A stretch of 64,000 nt of DNA from Amoebophrya sp. A120 (taxonomy: Eukaryota > Protista > Dinoflagellata), in the NCBI GenBank assembly GCA_905178155.1, contig CAJINV010000005.1, forward strand, positions 290,254-354,253, written 5' to 3'. A program made the translations under genes and the position numbers. Positions within the stretch are counted from its first letter, which is position 1, and every line of letters starts with the position of its first letter. The notes under the pieces are model-generated. The model had not been told where the DNA came from, did no database searches, and was given only the letters and a program-made list of their open reading frames with translations. This document shows, piece after piece, positions 14,701 to 26,260 of the stretch.

Positions 14701-15892
14701 AGTCGATCATGCAGGTCCGCGTGACAAAGACAACTCTGGGGTGGTGAGGTTTTTACTTAGCATAAAGAAGTCGCAAGAGGACGAGGACATGACCGAGGGC
14801 GACGGGGGCGGCGAGGCCGTGGCCAAGGGGAAAAGCGGCCAGGAGAGTGCGGACATCCACCGGCCAGATTCGGTGGAGGGATTTCGGCTGGCCAACTCTA
14901 AGGACAAAATCCAGAGTAAGGAAATGCCGCAGAGTATCCTGAGAGAAAAGCTAATGCGCCATGCTTGTCGTGTGAAAGCAATCGAAAAAATATAAGTAAC
15001 CATATAGTATCTTGAGCACATATGTTCTGCTCGAACGTATTCGGATTGACGGCATTTGCACGACAAATATGAAGCGCGGCTAGCTTTTTTGCCTTCGATA
15101 CCGGGCAAGGAGAACGACATCCATTCCTTCGAAGGCGGCGGTGGCATGATCTCCAACTCGGCCATGACCCCCGGCGAGGTGGGCGGCACGACAGGACAGG
15201 CTGGCGCGGCGGGCTTCGCGGCCAGCGTATCCAAGGCGTTCGGCATGAAGGTGGATGAGCGCAAGTCCCTGGCTCAGGCGGTGATGGACGCTAAGCTCCA
15301 GGCGGCAACGGAGCCCCGAAAGTCGATGGCGCAAATGATTCAGGAGGAGCAGCAGGCAGCAAAGCAGGTGGTCGCAGAGTCCTCCGACGACGAAGCAAAG
15401 CGGGCCTTGTCGTTCGGGCACGGAGGACAGAGCGCCGACCACGTGATCTCGGTGCGCGACGGAGATCCGCCCGCGGGGGGCGCGAATCCCGCGCCGGCAG
15501 ACGGTGGCGCCGGAGATTCGGACCCGGCACAGCAGTTGCGCGGGGACACGAAGAAAAGCAAGAAGAACAAGAAAGACACGAGCAGGAGCAGGAGTCTCGT
15601 GCAAGCCGGGTCGCCCAACAACACGGACACGGACCAGCCGCCCGCGGAGATGAAAGAGAAAAAAGCTAAGAAAAATAAAGAAAACAAGGCGTCGCGGCGC
15701 AGCGCCCGGGGCGGGGGGGCCACTCCGACCGAAACCGCCTCCAGTGACGGCGCCGAGCAGGCCTCCATGGTAATCCGGGACAAGAAAAAGAAGAAGAACA
15801 AAAGCGGGCGAGCCACGTCGACCCCGGTGGACAGCGGCGAAAAAAGATTTAAGAAGAAGAGAAGTAAGATGCCTAGTATTATTGTCAAGTAG
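2800..15892 (+). CDS. Very large cysteine-rich type-I membrane/surface protein, paralog A (TSP1-like and EGF/furin-like Cys repeats, single TM, Lys-rich cytoplasmic tail)
   Basis: ORFs 2752, 3793, 4197, 5003, 6516, 8685, 13115, 14516 and 15056 can be joined. Junctions at 3508, 4732, 6334, 8399, 12761, 14437 and 14935 are in frame after element removal; the intron at ~3920-4210 is unresolved. CVWGDWSATGDCSETC TSP1-like motif, CxCxxG repeats, TM GWVAVLIIVGALLVFALGVLGIICFF. Confidence 0.8.
3508..3790. mobile_element. Degenerate introner
   Basis: Imperfect TIR TATCTCTCAGAAAAGAGCACGTCACTGTGAA / TTCATGGTGAGTGATTTTTTTGGCATGATA; TSD lost; element+5 = 288 nt, in frame; paralog C has no intron here. 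Confidence 0.6.
4732..4983. mobile_element. Introner/MITE-like element, family A
   Basis: TIR TATCAAGTGTAAAAATGTCTGGGTCTGGAA / TTCCAGACCCAGACATTTTTACATTTGATA; TSD CTTTC; removal gives MVFPFADN. Confidence 0.95.
6334..6602. mobile_element. Introner element, family A
   Basis: TATGCATTGCAAATATGTCGCGGTCTGGAA ... TTCCAGACCCCGACGTATGTGCATTTGATA; TSD GATTT; removal gives NGDFVAMQLC. Confidence 0.93.
8399..8696. mobile_element. Degenerate family A-like introner
   Basis: Right end CCAGACCTCGACAGGTTTGCACTGCATA, left end decayed (starts TAC); flanks GACGG / AGAGG; 8398-8700 is an in-frame GT-AG intron. Confidence 0.7.
8979..10395 (+). repeat. Coding tandem repeat, 192-bp unit (64 aa), ~7.4 apparently identical copies
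   Basis: TGTCGCGTAC recurs at 9001, 9193 ... 9961; unit CTGAGETLSRTFTRTEAVNGEDVNGYEIPASTCDLPENDKEEEITCPRNCTGLWDVELPDLEQN. Confidence 0.97.
11226..12036 (+). repeat. Coding tandem repeat, 120-bp unit (40 aa, 6 Cys), ~6.8 near-identical copies
   Basis: Unit CTGDGANICxDCHSGFHLNGTACEANTCVCADGVKATGDA with scattered substitutions. Confidence 0.97.
12761..13069. mobile_element. Degenerate introner
   Basis: Imperfect TIR TATCGATGTG...AGTGGAAG / CTTCCACT...ACTTGCATA; flanks TGGTG / ACGTG; element+5 restores frame (DYWWRGADT). Confidence 0.65.
14437..14764. mobile_element. Introner element, family B (older copy)
   Basis: TATCCTGAGTAAAAAC... / ACTCTGGGGTGGTGAGGTTTTTACTTAGCATA; TSD AAGAA; removal gives AAKKSQEDED. 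Confidence 0.88.
14935..15100. mobile_element. Introner element, family G (degenerate)
   Basis: TATCCTGAGAGAAAAGCTAATGCGC..TTGTCGTG / CACGACAA..GCGCGGCTAGCTTTTTTGCCTTCGATA; flanks CAGAG / CCGGG; element+5 = 171 nt, in frame. Confidence 0.75.
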
Positions 15893-17376
15893 AAAAAGGG
15901 ACGGATTGTACAACGGGAGTGTAAAAATTGTCCTTCATGAGAGAGGAAACCACGTAGTTGAGCTGTTTTCGCCAGTGGCGAACTTTTTTTGAGGCTGAAG
16001 AAAGGCCCGTAACTTTGTTTTGGGGTCATTATTGCAACCGATCTGAAATTAAAAATCTTCTAAAATTATCTTCCAATGTATTTGAGCGAAGTTTTTGTAT
16101 CAATGGTATTGCATCAACCATGAGGAAATTCTTCCTCATTTTTCCTCGTGACAATCATCATCTCAGAATTAGAAATAGGAAACCCATTCCCGTACCCAGA
16201 AAACAGAAAAGTTCAGCAACATCAGGAAGAGATGGAATAGATCACTGAACGAATGGAAATCCGTGGAACTGCTTCTGCGTGTCTGCATGACTTTTTTACT
16301 TCAGAGTTGTGCAAAATAAATCCCTGTTCTTTTGCCTGGCGAGTTTTATTAGTTAAGCAAACTTCTTTGATAGGCATTGCCAAGCAAACTAAAGAAGATG
16401 TATGTGTGTAATAAATACAGTCTAAGCCTCTTCGTGGTCGTGCAATCCTTCAATTCAGGTTTAGGTTCAAAACAGACAGCACGCGTTTTTTAGGACGGGG
16501 TACTGCCTGAAAACAGCCTCTTAATTTACTCGGTCCTTGTGCGCTTTGTTTTCTGCTGTAAATTCGGTTTAGGTGCTTCTACGATAGTTTGCGTACATTA
16601 GGAGTTGTTCTCCGCTTCTTCGTTCTGGCGTTGGTTGGAAACCACTTCGTCGTGAGGCAGGAATACTCGCTTCGTACCATAAATCATGCATGTCGGTTTT
16701 CGTTCTTTCCTAATCCTATCGTCGTGGTCCTAGTGAGCAGGAATTTATTGCTGCGTTGCTATGTGTATGTGTCTCTTTCTACACCGCCGTCGTATCGTTT
16801 TTCGTTCCGAGCAATGTCTCGTGCAGTACTTGCTTCTTTGCAGATATCAGCACAAAATACGAGCGATTTCTTTTCTCGCTGCATTTTCAAACAGGTTAGA
16901 CATTTGGACTCCCCTTCCCCTCAAGAATTATGATTTTTCCTGAATTCACTTCTTTCACATAGTTCTCGTTTTCCCCCGAAACAAAAGCCTATCACGAACC
17001 GCAATAGAAGTACTGTTTTGCGCATCAACCATAGCTGCAACTCATCGGGTTTGGGTCCGACTTCGGACTACCGACCGCGGAGGGCAGAAGGGAGCTGCTG
17101 TTCCCTTCGGCACGCTGCGGGAGCACAGTCATTACTTCGCATCCCCGTCGGACAAGATGTGGCTTGTATACTCCCGGTTTGTTGTTTTCTGAAACACAAT
17201 TCACTCACAAGGAAGACAACTCCGAAAGGCTATACGCACGGCCAATGCACCTTGAACAAGAATTCCCAGTTCGGGAATCGACTACTTACTTCTCATGGAT
17301 GTCATTTGTGAAGACAGCGTGGACGGAATGGAGGCGACACGGCAGTGAACCAGAGTGCAGAGGCGACGACTAGAAA

Positions 17377-20300
17377 ATGAATTTGCGCAAGACGAAGGTG
17401 AGCCCACCGAGTCCTCGTGACTTCTGCCACGGCCTGCAAAAATTCTGGATCGCCGGAGGGGTGCTATGTTTATCCACGACTTCCTCCGGAGTACACGGGT
17501 TTCAGTACTCTACTGCGCGCCAGAAGAGCGCGAGGAGCGCGAGGACTGCCACCGGCGCAAATGGAGGCAGTAGAGCCAAAACTGTCGCTGAAACGAAGGT
17601 GCGAAGCCCCACAAGACACAGCGGGGTAGCCCGAGAGAGCAGCACAACTGGGGCGATACTTTTGGAAAACGGAGGGCAAGACGACGAAACTGGTTATAAC
17701 CCTAGTAGAAAGTCGTGGTCAACAACATCTCAGTGGCACGGGGACGATCTGATAGATCGGAAAGCCGATAAGCAGGAAGATGAAGCGGACACGTTTTTGC
17801 AGGAGAAGCGGTTGGTTGTTTCAAGCAAGACTACTCCGGATCCGGTGAACGGGCCTTTCCCAACCGCGTCGGGGATAAGCGTGTCGTGCGAGGCCTCGAT
17901 TTTCGCGAAAGGCGACTGGCAATGGGAGACCGAGAAAGACTGCACAGAAGGCAACGCCAATTTGGAGACAAAACTTTTTTGCAACTTTGCTTGCGGTAAC
18001 TGGGAATATCTGAATGGTAAGTCGAAATGCGACTTCCATGAACCGACTCAGTGGCAAAGCCACGAGCTGCGGGCGTGCAAAGTGGAAGCCCCCGCCGACG
18101 CGCCGAATAAATACGAAGGCCACTGCTGCAAGTACCAAAACATAGAGAAGTCCGGCGAGGACATCCGAATGTTCATAAGCGACCATTCACCTGATCCTGA
18201 AAATGATGTTGACAATGGCTTCGAGTGTAGACGCCTCGGGCGAATTCAGGCAGAGATGCGAAAGCAGGGACAGGACACGCATTTTGGTGTCGCAACTGAA
18301 GTTGTCGATGGCGCTCGACAAGAATACAGCTGCGTTGCAGTGCCTCAGTCTTGCTTAGAATCAGAGGCAAGTGGGCCTGGTGGTACCGCCCCCTGCAGCG
18401 CAGCAGGTGCGTGCGACTTCTGCAGCACCGATTCCAGCCAAGGTGCTTGTTGCAAAAAAGGAGAGACGTACGAGGACGGCCACGTTTGCAACGATATCAA
18501 ATCTCAAAAGTGTTGCCGCTACTGCTTTTCGTGGCTTTGGATATCATGTATCGATTTTTGAAACAGGCGAAATTGATAATTTTTACTGATCTTAATAGCG
18601 GCCACCAAACAAGCATGTGTCAGTGTTTCGTAATTTCCAAAGGTGGTGGACCTGTGCAGCCGATTAGGAGCACGAACTCCGTCAGGGCGGTAGTTACACT
18701 TTTGGTTTTGATACACCACCAATCGCTGTCATTCGCCTTCGCAGACAAGATCGATGACGCCAATCTGCATTTCCACGAGTGTGTCTTCCTGCCGGGTGAA
18801 GAGCCAGTGCCAGCAGAGCCAGAGCCATTGAATTGCACGTGCGCGAACGGAAACGCCACCGACGCCTGCACATCTGACGCAGTCCAGTCATGTAAAGAAT
18901 CCGAATGCGATGAGAACTACAGATTTTGGGCTGGCTGGCCGGCAGACGCTAGTGTGGCGGTTCAAAACGGGTGCAGACCCACCTGCAGGGGTATTTCAGG
19001 CTGCGACGAACAGGACGCTGATGGTGCTTACTACGTGCGGCGGCCCGATGCCGCCGTGTGCCCACGCCTCTCGGACGAAGTTGCGTTGGGTGATACTTTC
19101 CCAGAGGACGCATGCAAAACAGCCTGCTGTCAGCTAGGTTGTAAGGAACCCTCAGCGGAACTAGCAGAGAGGTATTTGTTGTTTGAGCGCTATTTTCATA
19201 GAGATCATACTGCTCGTCCAGTTTTTACGACGGTTTTGCTGTGCGATGCATATAGGTTCTTTTTGAACAGAGCTTTAGTGTCTTATGTCTCAAAGAAATG
19301 CGAGTTTTTCTCTTTCTCTTTGGTATTGATACTCAATTCGAAACACGGAATAACTGCAACTCGAAATCACAAATAGGCTTGATTTGGGATCTATGGAGTG
19401 GAAGGCCATTCTTGCAAACGAGAACATGCCCCCGGGCATGCCAGAACAAGACGCCATCGGCCACGTCGGCGTGACTTGCAATACCGCGGCATGGCAGGGC
19501 GACGACCCAAAGTTCTATTGCGCAGCCGCCGGTAACGAGATACAGTTTACTGGCTGCGACCAGGAGGTGATTCCGCTGGTGACGCTGAGGTTCGAAATGA
19601 AGCTCAATTACACGACGACGGACGTCGGCGGTTCCTCCAGGACATTGGCGGACGTGCTTGACTTGGAGGCTTTCAAGACGGCGGTTAAAACTGGCGTAGC
19701 TGCCTTTCTGAACGATGCACTACTTGACGGCTCCTCCTTCACGGAGTCGATAACTGCCGACACAATCGAGATGGTAGAAATAACAGAGAAAGTAGTTGAA
19801 GGGGGGGACGCTGGTAGTGGTGGTGCCTCTTCCTTCTTGGTCGTGGGACGCACCGCCGAGAGTGCTGGACGAATAGACGAGGAGCAGCACGCACAAGCAC
19901 AGTCCGAAACGCCAGAATGTGGGTTGGACACGTTTGAGAGATGTACGCAGCCACAAGGGGGATATGTGCACGGTCCGGCCTGGCAATACGACTACAGCAA
20001 TCACACGGCAGTAGTTGCGGAGGACTGCAGCTGCCCGACAGGCACGAGTTGCTTCATAAAAGCTGCGGCTGAATACGGGGCGTGCTTTGCAAATCGCGCA
20101 CAGTGCATGTCGGAGGTGTCCCTGTCGGACTTCAAGACCTATTGCGAGGAGAACTTTGACCAGGAGTACCGCTCGGGGTGCGGGAGTCCGTGGTTGTGCC
20201 AAACTATTGACGAGTACAACGCCTGCCTGGACAATCCAAGCAATGCCGGCTGCAGCCAGAGCCCGCCCCCGCCCGCGCCGGCACTGGAGGCGGTTGCACC

Positions 20301-23300
20301 GGAAAACGAGGCTGTGGTACTGGTGACGTTTGGGGTGCGGTTCCAAAGCGCAGACGACAAAGCCCTACTCGAGGCGAATTGGAATACTACCAAGATGGAG
20401 CCACTGGGCATGGACCAAGTTGCGAAGGCCGCGGACCTCCACACAGCTGTGGTGGCTGCGGTCTCCGAGGAAACCAGCTCGGAGCTGACCGGGGTGGAAA
20501 TAAACCCCGATTCCACGACTCTGACGATCACGACATTAGCCGATGCCCCGGACTGTCTTTGCGCGAACGGCGACGTCGTGGCTGGATCCAAGTGCAGCGA
20601 GGACGCGCCGCAGAATTGCGACCCCGGAAAATGCGCTCTTCATTACGTGCACAAGCCAGGGTGGCCCAGCGCCGCCCAAAACGGTTGCTTTCCGACCTGC
20701 GGTCTCGTGGATGCTTGCACGCAACCGGGCAGTGGGGCGAATGAGGCGTACAAAGTTCAGCTGGACAGCAACGAGGAGTGTCCAGAACTGTCGGACTGCC
20801 AGGGAACCTGCTGCGTTGACGGCTGCAAGGCTCCAACCGATCTCGCCGTGTTGGGCACGTACTAGCATATTGAAATTTTGGTTTTTTCTGGCTCATTAGT
20901 CCTCCAATTTTGCAAGGATGTTCAATCAAGGCCACTAAAATATATGCGCTTTGCAATTCTCTTTCAAATTTTTCAATTTATCACGACTACTACAGGCTCA
21001 GCGAGATACTGGAAGGTTCTTGGGAAGCCTTACTGAGTTCGCCGAGTATGCGTCCCGGTGCGGTGGGGATCGGGAACGATTTATTCAGTTGCAACCTGAC
21101 CCATTTCGAGGGTACGCCCAAATTTCGGTGCGACGTTCCGGGGGAGGCGGTGAACGTGACGGGCTGTACGGCGACCACCACAACACCGCCGGTGCAGGTG
21201 GCACTCTATAAGGGTTTTGACCTGTATGTGACAGCCAGCGACGCCAGCATAGAATCAGAGGACGCGGACACGCAAGCGGCACTAGTGAGTTTTTTACAGC
21301 AATCGCTTGCAAAGTTCTTCACGGAACACGGAACGGAAGAGGGGATTGTTATCGACACGGACCAGATGGAAGGGTTGAGGGCTACGGTCAAGGAGAAGAA
21401 CGCAACCACCGAGGTGCTCTTTCTCGAGGTCACCTTTGCGCTCCGCGTTGACGAGGCGCAGGAGGCCAACGTCAGTAGCGTGTGGGATGCGGACGACGAT
21501 GCGCTGCCCGCTAAGTTAAAAGATATCTTAATTGATTCGGAGCAGAGTCGTGGATTGATGGCGGCAGCGAAAATTGCTAGCATCGAGAGAACAGTTGTGT
21601 GGGAGGTCGCGGGTTGCCGCGATTTCGAACGGGTGTGTCAAGAGAATCAATGCGGGTCGCAACTCGATCTCGATTCGGAACATGCAACGGAGTACTACAG
21701 CAAAATAAGTAGCCCGGAGAACGTGGCAGTCGTCAGGGGAAACTTAACTTCCGGAGAAGTTGTAGGGGCGGTCGTCACTGCCTGCTGCTATCCGCCCTCG
21801 GAGAGCGAAACCGTATGCGAAGCCACTACGAGTTCTACCACCACTACCACGACAACGACTACGACTGTCACAGAGATCCCCGCACTGACGGTGAGTGGCA
21901 ACCAAGACGTCACGCTGTCTTGCCCGGGCTGTGGCGACAAGGTCCCGCTGTATTGCTACGACGTCTGCGGCCAGACCTCCTGGGCCTGGGCGAACTGTGA
22001 GGACACACCCATGCAATGCATCGTAAGCGACAGAATCAATTACGTCGGCGCGTGTTGCAAATACGAGCGAGACAACAAGCGGTACGAGGAGCCCAACGCC
22101 AATTGGGATCAGAACACGAACTACGCGACGTCGAATCGGGCGGCCTGCAACGTTCTAGGCTCACTAGTAAACCACGGAGCAGACTACGGCGTGACGGATG
22201 CCTATCTAAACAGCCCCGCCCCACGAGATGACTATTCTTGTGTGGCGATGCCACGGTGGATATTGAAAATGTACGAAGCGGCGCATAACCCGTGCCGAGG
22301 CGTGCTGGCGACTTGCACGGAACCGGGGGTACGCTGTGACGATTGTCCGCGCGACGATACTGGCGCAGGTCGGGAAAGGGTCTGCTGCAAGAAGGGGGCC
22401 ACGGAGGGCCTCTGCGGTGACGCCGAGCGGCAGAACGTCCCGTTTCCTTTTGCCGATAAAATTGCCGACCCGACTTGGTATGAGCCCGAGTGCGTCTTGA
22501 TGCACACCACCACCACTACCACCACCACCACCAGCACCGCGGAAGAAACAGCGACAACGACGTCAGCGGGGAGTGGGGAAGGCGCGTCGACTACAGCTGC
22601 TCCACCAGGCACCTCGACGGAGAGCATTTCTGACGAAATGACCACGACAACCACCTCGACCACTGCTACTGCGGCCGCGGGAGATGAAGCCACCGACGAG
22701 GAGGGCATGATCATTCTCCTGGCCGTATCACGCGGAAAAAAGCTAGTCTAGCAGGTTACTTAGTTCGTTTGTGAAAAGTTTGCGAAGACAAAAATAGCAC
22801 AAGAAAATTTTGGATAATGTATCCATTCCGCGCGCGGCGCACGCTCGTTCGCGTGTTGCTTAGACGACGCAAGCGAGGATTTGTGCTGGTGCACTAAATT
22901 TTTCTACAAATAGGTCCAGTACAAGAAAAGTATGTTATGCGCGGCTAGCTTTTTTTTCTGCGGGATAGGCGGCGAGCGGCGTGGTGATTTTACTGCTGGG
23001 CGTGGTGGTGATTGCGTGGTTGTTCGTGCGGGCCGCGGCCGCGGCGGACGAGGAGGGCACCGAAACCGAGGGGGAGCCGGAGTCCATGCGGGAAAAGGCC
23101 AAGAAGATGACGCGGCCGAGCTTCGTGCAGGTGTTCAACATCCACGGTTCGGGAGACACGTCCGTGCATGTCTCGGACACGTCCGTGCACGAGAAGGCGC
23201 CAACGCAGGTGGAGGAGACGTTCGAGAGCGACAAAATGGGCAGCATGGCGGCGCGGAACACGGCATCCAAGAAGTCCTCCAATTTATCAAGTGCAAAAAT

Positions 23301-24981
23301 GTCTGGGTCTGGAAGATTGCAAGTTTGTCATGCTTGTCTGGCATGACTCGAGAATCTGTATTGCATAGGCACGAAAATGCCTTCTTACCTGTCATGCAAG
23401 AACGCAGTTTGCCATGCGGAATACGTAAGACATGGGAGCCAAAAAGTTTGTTATGCATAGATGCGTATTGCAGTGCGTCTACCATTCACTTTTGGCATTA
23501 CAAGTTGCCAGACCCAGACATATTTGCAATCCATACCAGGCCGCGGAATACGACGCGGACGGGAACCCGCTGAGCAGCAGCAAGGCCCCGGACTCGAAGA
23601 CGGGCTTCGTCGCCAGCAGCGGGGTCAACGACAAGGTGCCCGCGGGCGCCACGGACTTCCTGTCGCGGGTATCCCAGGCGGCGGCGGCCGCGCATCCCGA
23701 CAAGGCGCCGGCGGACGGCGGGCGGAAGTCCATGGCGCAACTGGTCCTGGAACAGGAACATCAGGGGACCACGTCGAACAAGAAAGAGAACAAAGATGCC
23801 ACCAACAACGAGTCGAGTCACGCCCGGAAGTCGATGGCGCAGTTGGTCATTGAGGAGCACGCCAAGCAGTCCACGGACGACGAAGAGGAGGACGTGCAGT
23901 CGTTCGCGCCCGGGCACGCCCCGCCCGCCGCGGCTTACCAGAGCGCCGCCACCGCTACCCCGATCCTCTCGCAGGGCAGCCGCATGAGCGACGGCGGGGG
24001 CGTCCAATCCCTGTCGGAAAAGAAGCACGACCCCTCGATTGACGATCCCATAGGCGAGCTGGTCAAAACCAAGGAAAAGCTACCTCGTCGAAAACTACCG
24101 CATGTCTTCAACAAACTGGGGCCTTCAATAATATTTCGGCTAAAGAGCCATGACCTGTTTATGCTTTTTCTATTGCTATTTTTTATTTTTTGCATTCAAT
24201 TATGTGCGGCGCAGTCGCACTAAGCGGCTGTGGGAAATTATATACGGGTTGCCACAGATCGTCATCGTCACCGGTCTTGTGTTATACTACCGCCTGCTCG
24301 CCCGTTCTGGCCGGGTGGTGAAAGATGGTAGATAGTACCGCTGAAGTTTTCTTATCCTGCTACTTGGTTCCCCTAATAGAATAAGCTTGGGCATGAGGAG
24401 CAAATGGTGGCTGCGGCGATCATCAAACTAGATTTGTTGACACTTTGATCATGTAAAAGGCCCCAGGAAAGCGAGAAGAGTAGTTTTCACGCGCATAACC
24501 GCCGGGGGAGAACGTGCAGGATACCATCGCGAACGTCACTACAAGCGCACAGCAAGCGTCCGCCAACGTCGCTGCGTCAGCCAAGTCCTCGCGCAAGTCC
24601 TCGCGCGAATCGGAGGAGTCGCACGACAATGATAGTCAGGGCAAGGAGAAAGGAAACCATAAAGTAGACGGAAAGCAGGAGAAGAAGAAGGATCCAGCCG
24701 CGCAGAAAAAGAAAAAGGACGCTGCTGCGTCCCATAACTTAACTCGGTTCGACGACGGAGAAAAAGATACCGACTCGGACAAGAAAGAAAAACAAGCAGA
24801 AAAGCACAAAGAGACTAAGGAGAAGCATAAAGACAAGGACAAAAAGAAGAGCAAAGACAAGGAACTGAAGGACAAAAAGAAAAAGGCCGCAGATGCGTCC
24901 GGCAAAAGTGGCCACTTGAAGCCGGCGCGACTGCCGAGCGTGATAACGAACAAAGGCCACTCGTCGGACGACCGTGAGTGA
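17377..24981 (+). CDS. Cysteine-rich type-I membrane protein, paralog B
   Basis: ORFs 17377, 18351, 19384, 20910, 22981, 23432 and 24514 join in frame. Shares GACCKKG/FPFADK/YECV modules with paralogs A and C. TM MIILLAASGVVILLLGVVVIAWLFV is reconstituted across the element at 22726. RKSMAQ tail motifs. Confidence 0.8.
18495..18713. mobile_element. Degenerate introner
   Basis: TATCAAATCTCAAAAGTGT / ACACTTTTGGTTTTGATA; flanks AACGA / CACCA; removal gives VCNDQSLSFAFAD. Confidence 0.78.
19173..19375. mobile_element. Degenerate introner now readable as a GT-AG intron
   Basis: TATTTGTTGTTTGAG / CTCGAAATCACAAATA; 19172-19376 is GT...AG and in frame. Confidence 0.6.
22726..22967. mobile_element. 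Introner element, family G
   Basis: TATCACGCGGAAAAAAGCTAG / CTAGCT(n)CTGCGGGATA; flanks GGCCG / GGCGG; splits the TM-coding sequence, in frame after removal. Confidence 0.85.
23285..23535. mobile_element. Introner element, family A (decayed TSD)
   Basis: Family A TIRs; flanks CAATT / CCAGG; element+5 nt restores frame. Confidence 0.9.
24081..24497. mobile_element. Degenerate introner
   Basis: TACCTCGTCGAAAACTAC / GTAGTTTTCACGCGCATA; flanks AAAGC / ACCGC; removal gives KEKPGENVQ. Confidence 0.68.
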
Positions 24982-26260
24982 AGCGCTTGGAGGGGCGCTA
25001 CGGCTTCTTGTCTTTTGCTAGATAGGTATAGATTTTTCATCACACCGCTATAAAAACACACTGTTTTTCTCGAAAAACAGATAAGTATAGGTCTTTGACA
25101 TTTTTTTTTACCACTTTTTTTTACCACTTTCTTACCGTATGCGGATAGCGCATTATCGTTCTTTGTACGGTACACTTTTACGATTTATCTCCCGCTCGGC
25201 TCAGCATGATATTGTTTCTGACCCATATTAATTGTAGAACGACTGAAAAAGCTGAAGCAAGCCGCAACAAGAACGAGCACGAGATCTCCCTTAGACATTG
25301 TCCCTCGCTGGAATTAAACCACTTTCCCCCAGAGAACGAGCACTGTTTAGTCATATGCTTTTGGTTTTATTAGGTCTACATGCTGCGCGTACGGCGTGTG
25401 GTTTGTGTGTTTCGTTGTCTGGTCGACGTGCTTTTGCTCGCAGAGCCGTCTTGCCCTTGTGTTTGTAGCTTCTCGGTCCTTGTTTATGATGAATGCACTG
25501 GACTACGGATATGCAACGCGTTTCTTTCTCGAGACCTTGCCCGCACTCCATCGGTTTCGTACCATCGTCCGTCTTCGTCCCACTACGTCGACTTTGCATA
25601 CGACAGGGTACGTGCAATTTTAGCATGATCGTTTTCATTCCTGCCTCGTCCTTTTCCAGAGTAATGTCGCGACATCGGTTTGCTTCGGTTGTATCTATCG
25701 GCGCCACGACCGGTTGTAACAACGTCGTTCTGTCGGTGCATCTCTCGTCATCGTTGCGTCCTACACTGTCGTGCAACCATGGTTCGGCTGTAGCGCAAAG
25801 CCGACTTTTCGTTTTGCGTGTTGGAAAACCAAAGTAGAAACTTTTGAAGTGTTTTCCCTACAACATTGATTTGAACAGGATAAAAAGGAGCGCACAGGCT
25901 CCCCTTAGCATCTTCCCCAATTGCAATTTGAGTTGATTACTTGCCCCCCAAGTAGCTGATGCTCTTGCCAAATTCATGTATTTGCCCTGATATTCAGAAC
26001 TAGAATTTGTAAAAATGTGAAATTTTCTTTGCTTTTTACTGTGCTTTCCCTATAAGTGACGAACAAAACAACAAGAAGTATCCGGCGAATCAGAGTACCT
26101 GCGTTCTTGCACTTGTGGCTCACCACAGCTACGACGTGTTTAATACCGTGATGCGCGTCGCCAGCAAACCGAGCATGCTGGAAGTCTTCATTGACGGGCG
26201 ACGCTGACAACTCTGATAGAAGCAATACGAAGGACGAATCTGTCGGGAAAAACGACAAAC

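Noticed and set aside
15893-17376. Short ORFs in this and similar intergenic regions (25.0-26.2, 32.0-33.3, 44.8-46.3 kb)
   Set aside because: AT/T-rich, no recognisable motifs or exon-like codon pattern; treated as UTR or intergenic.
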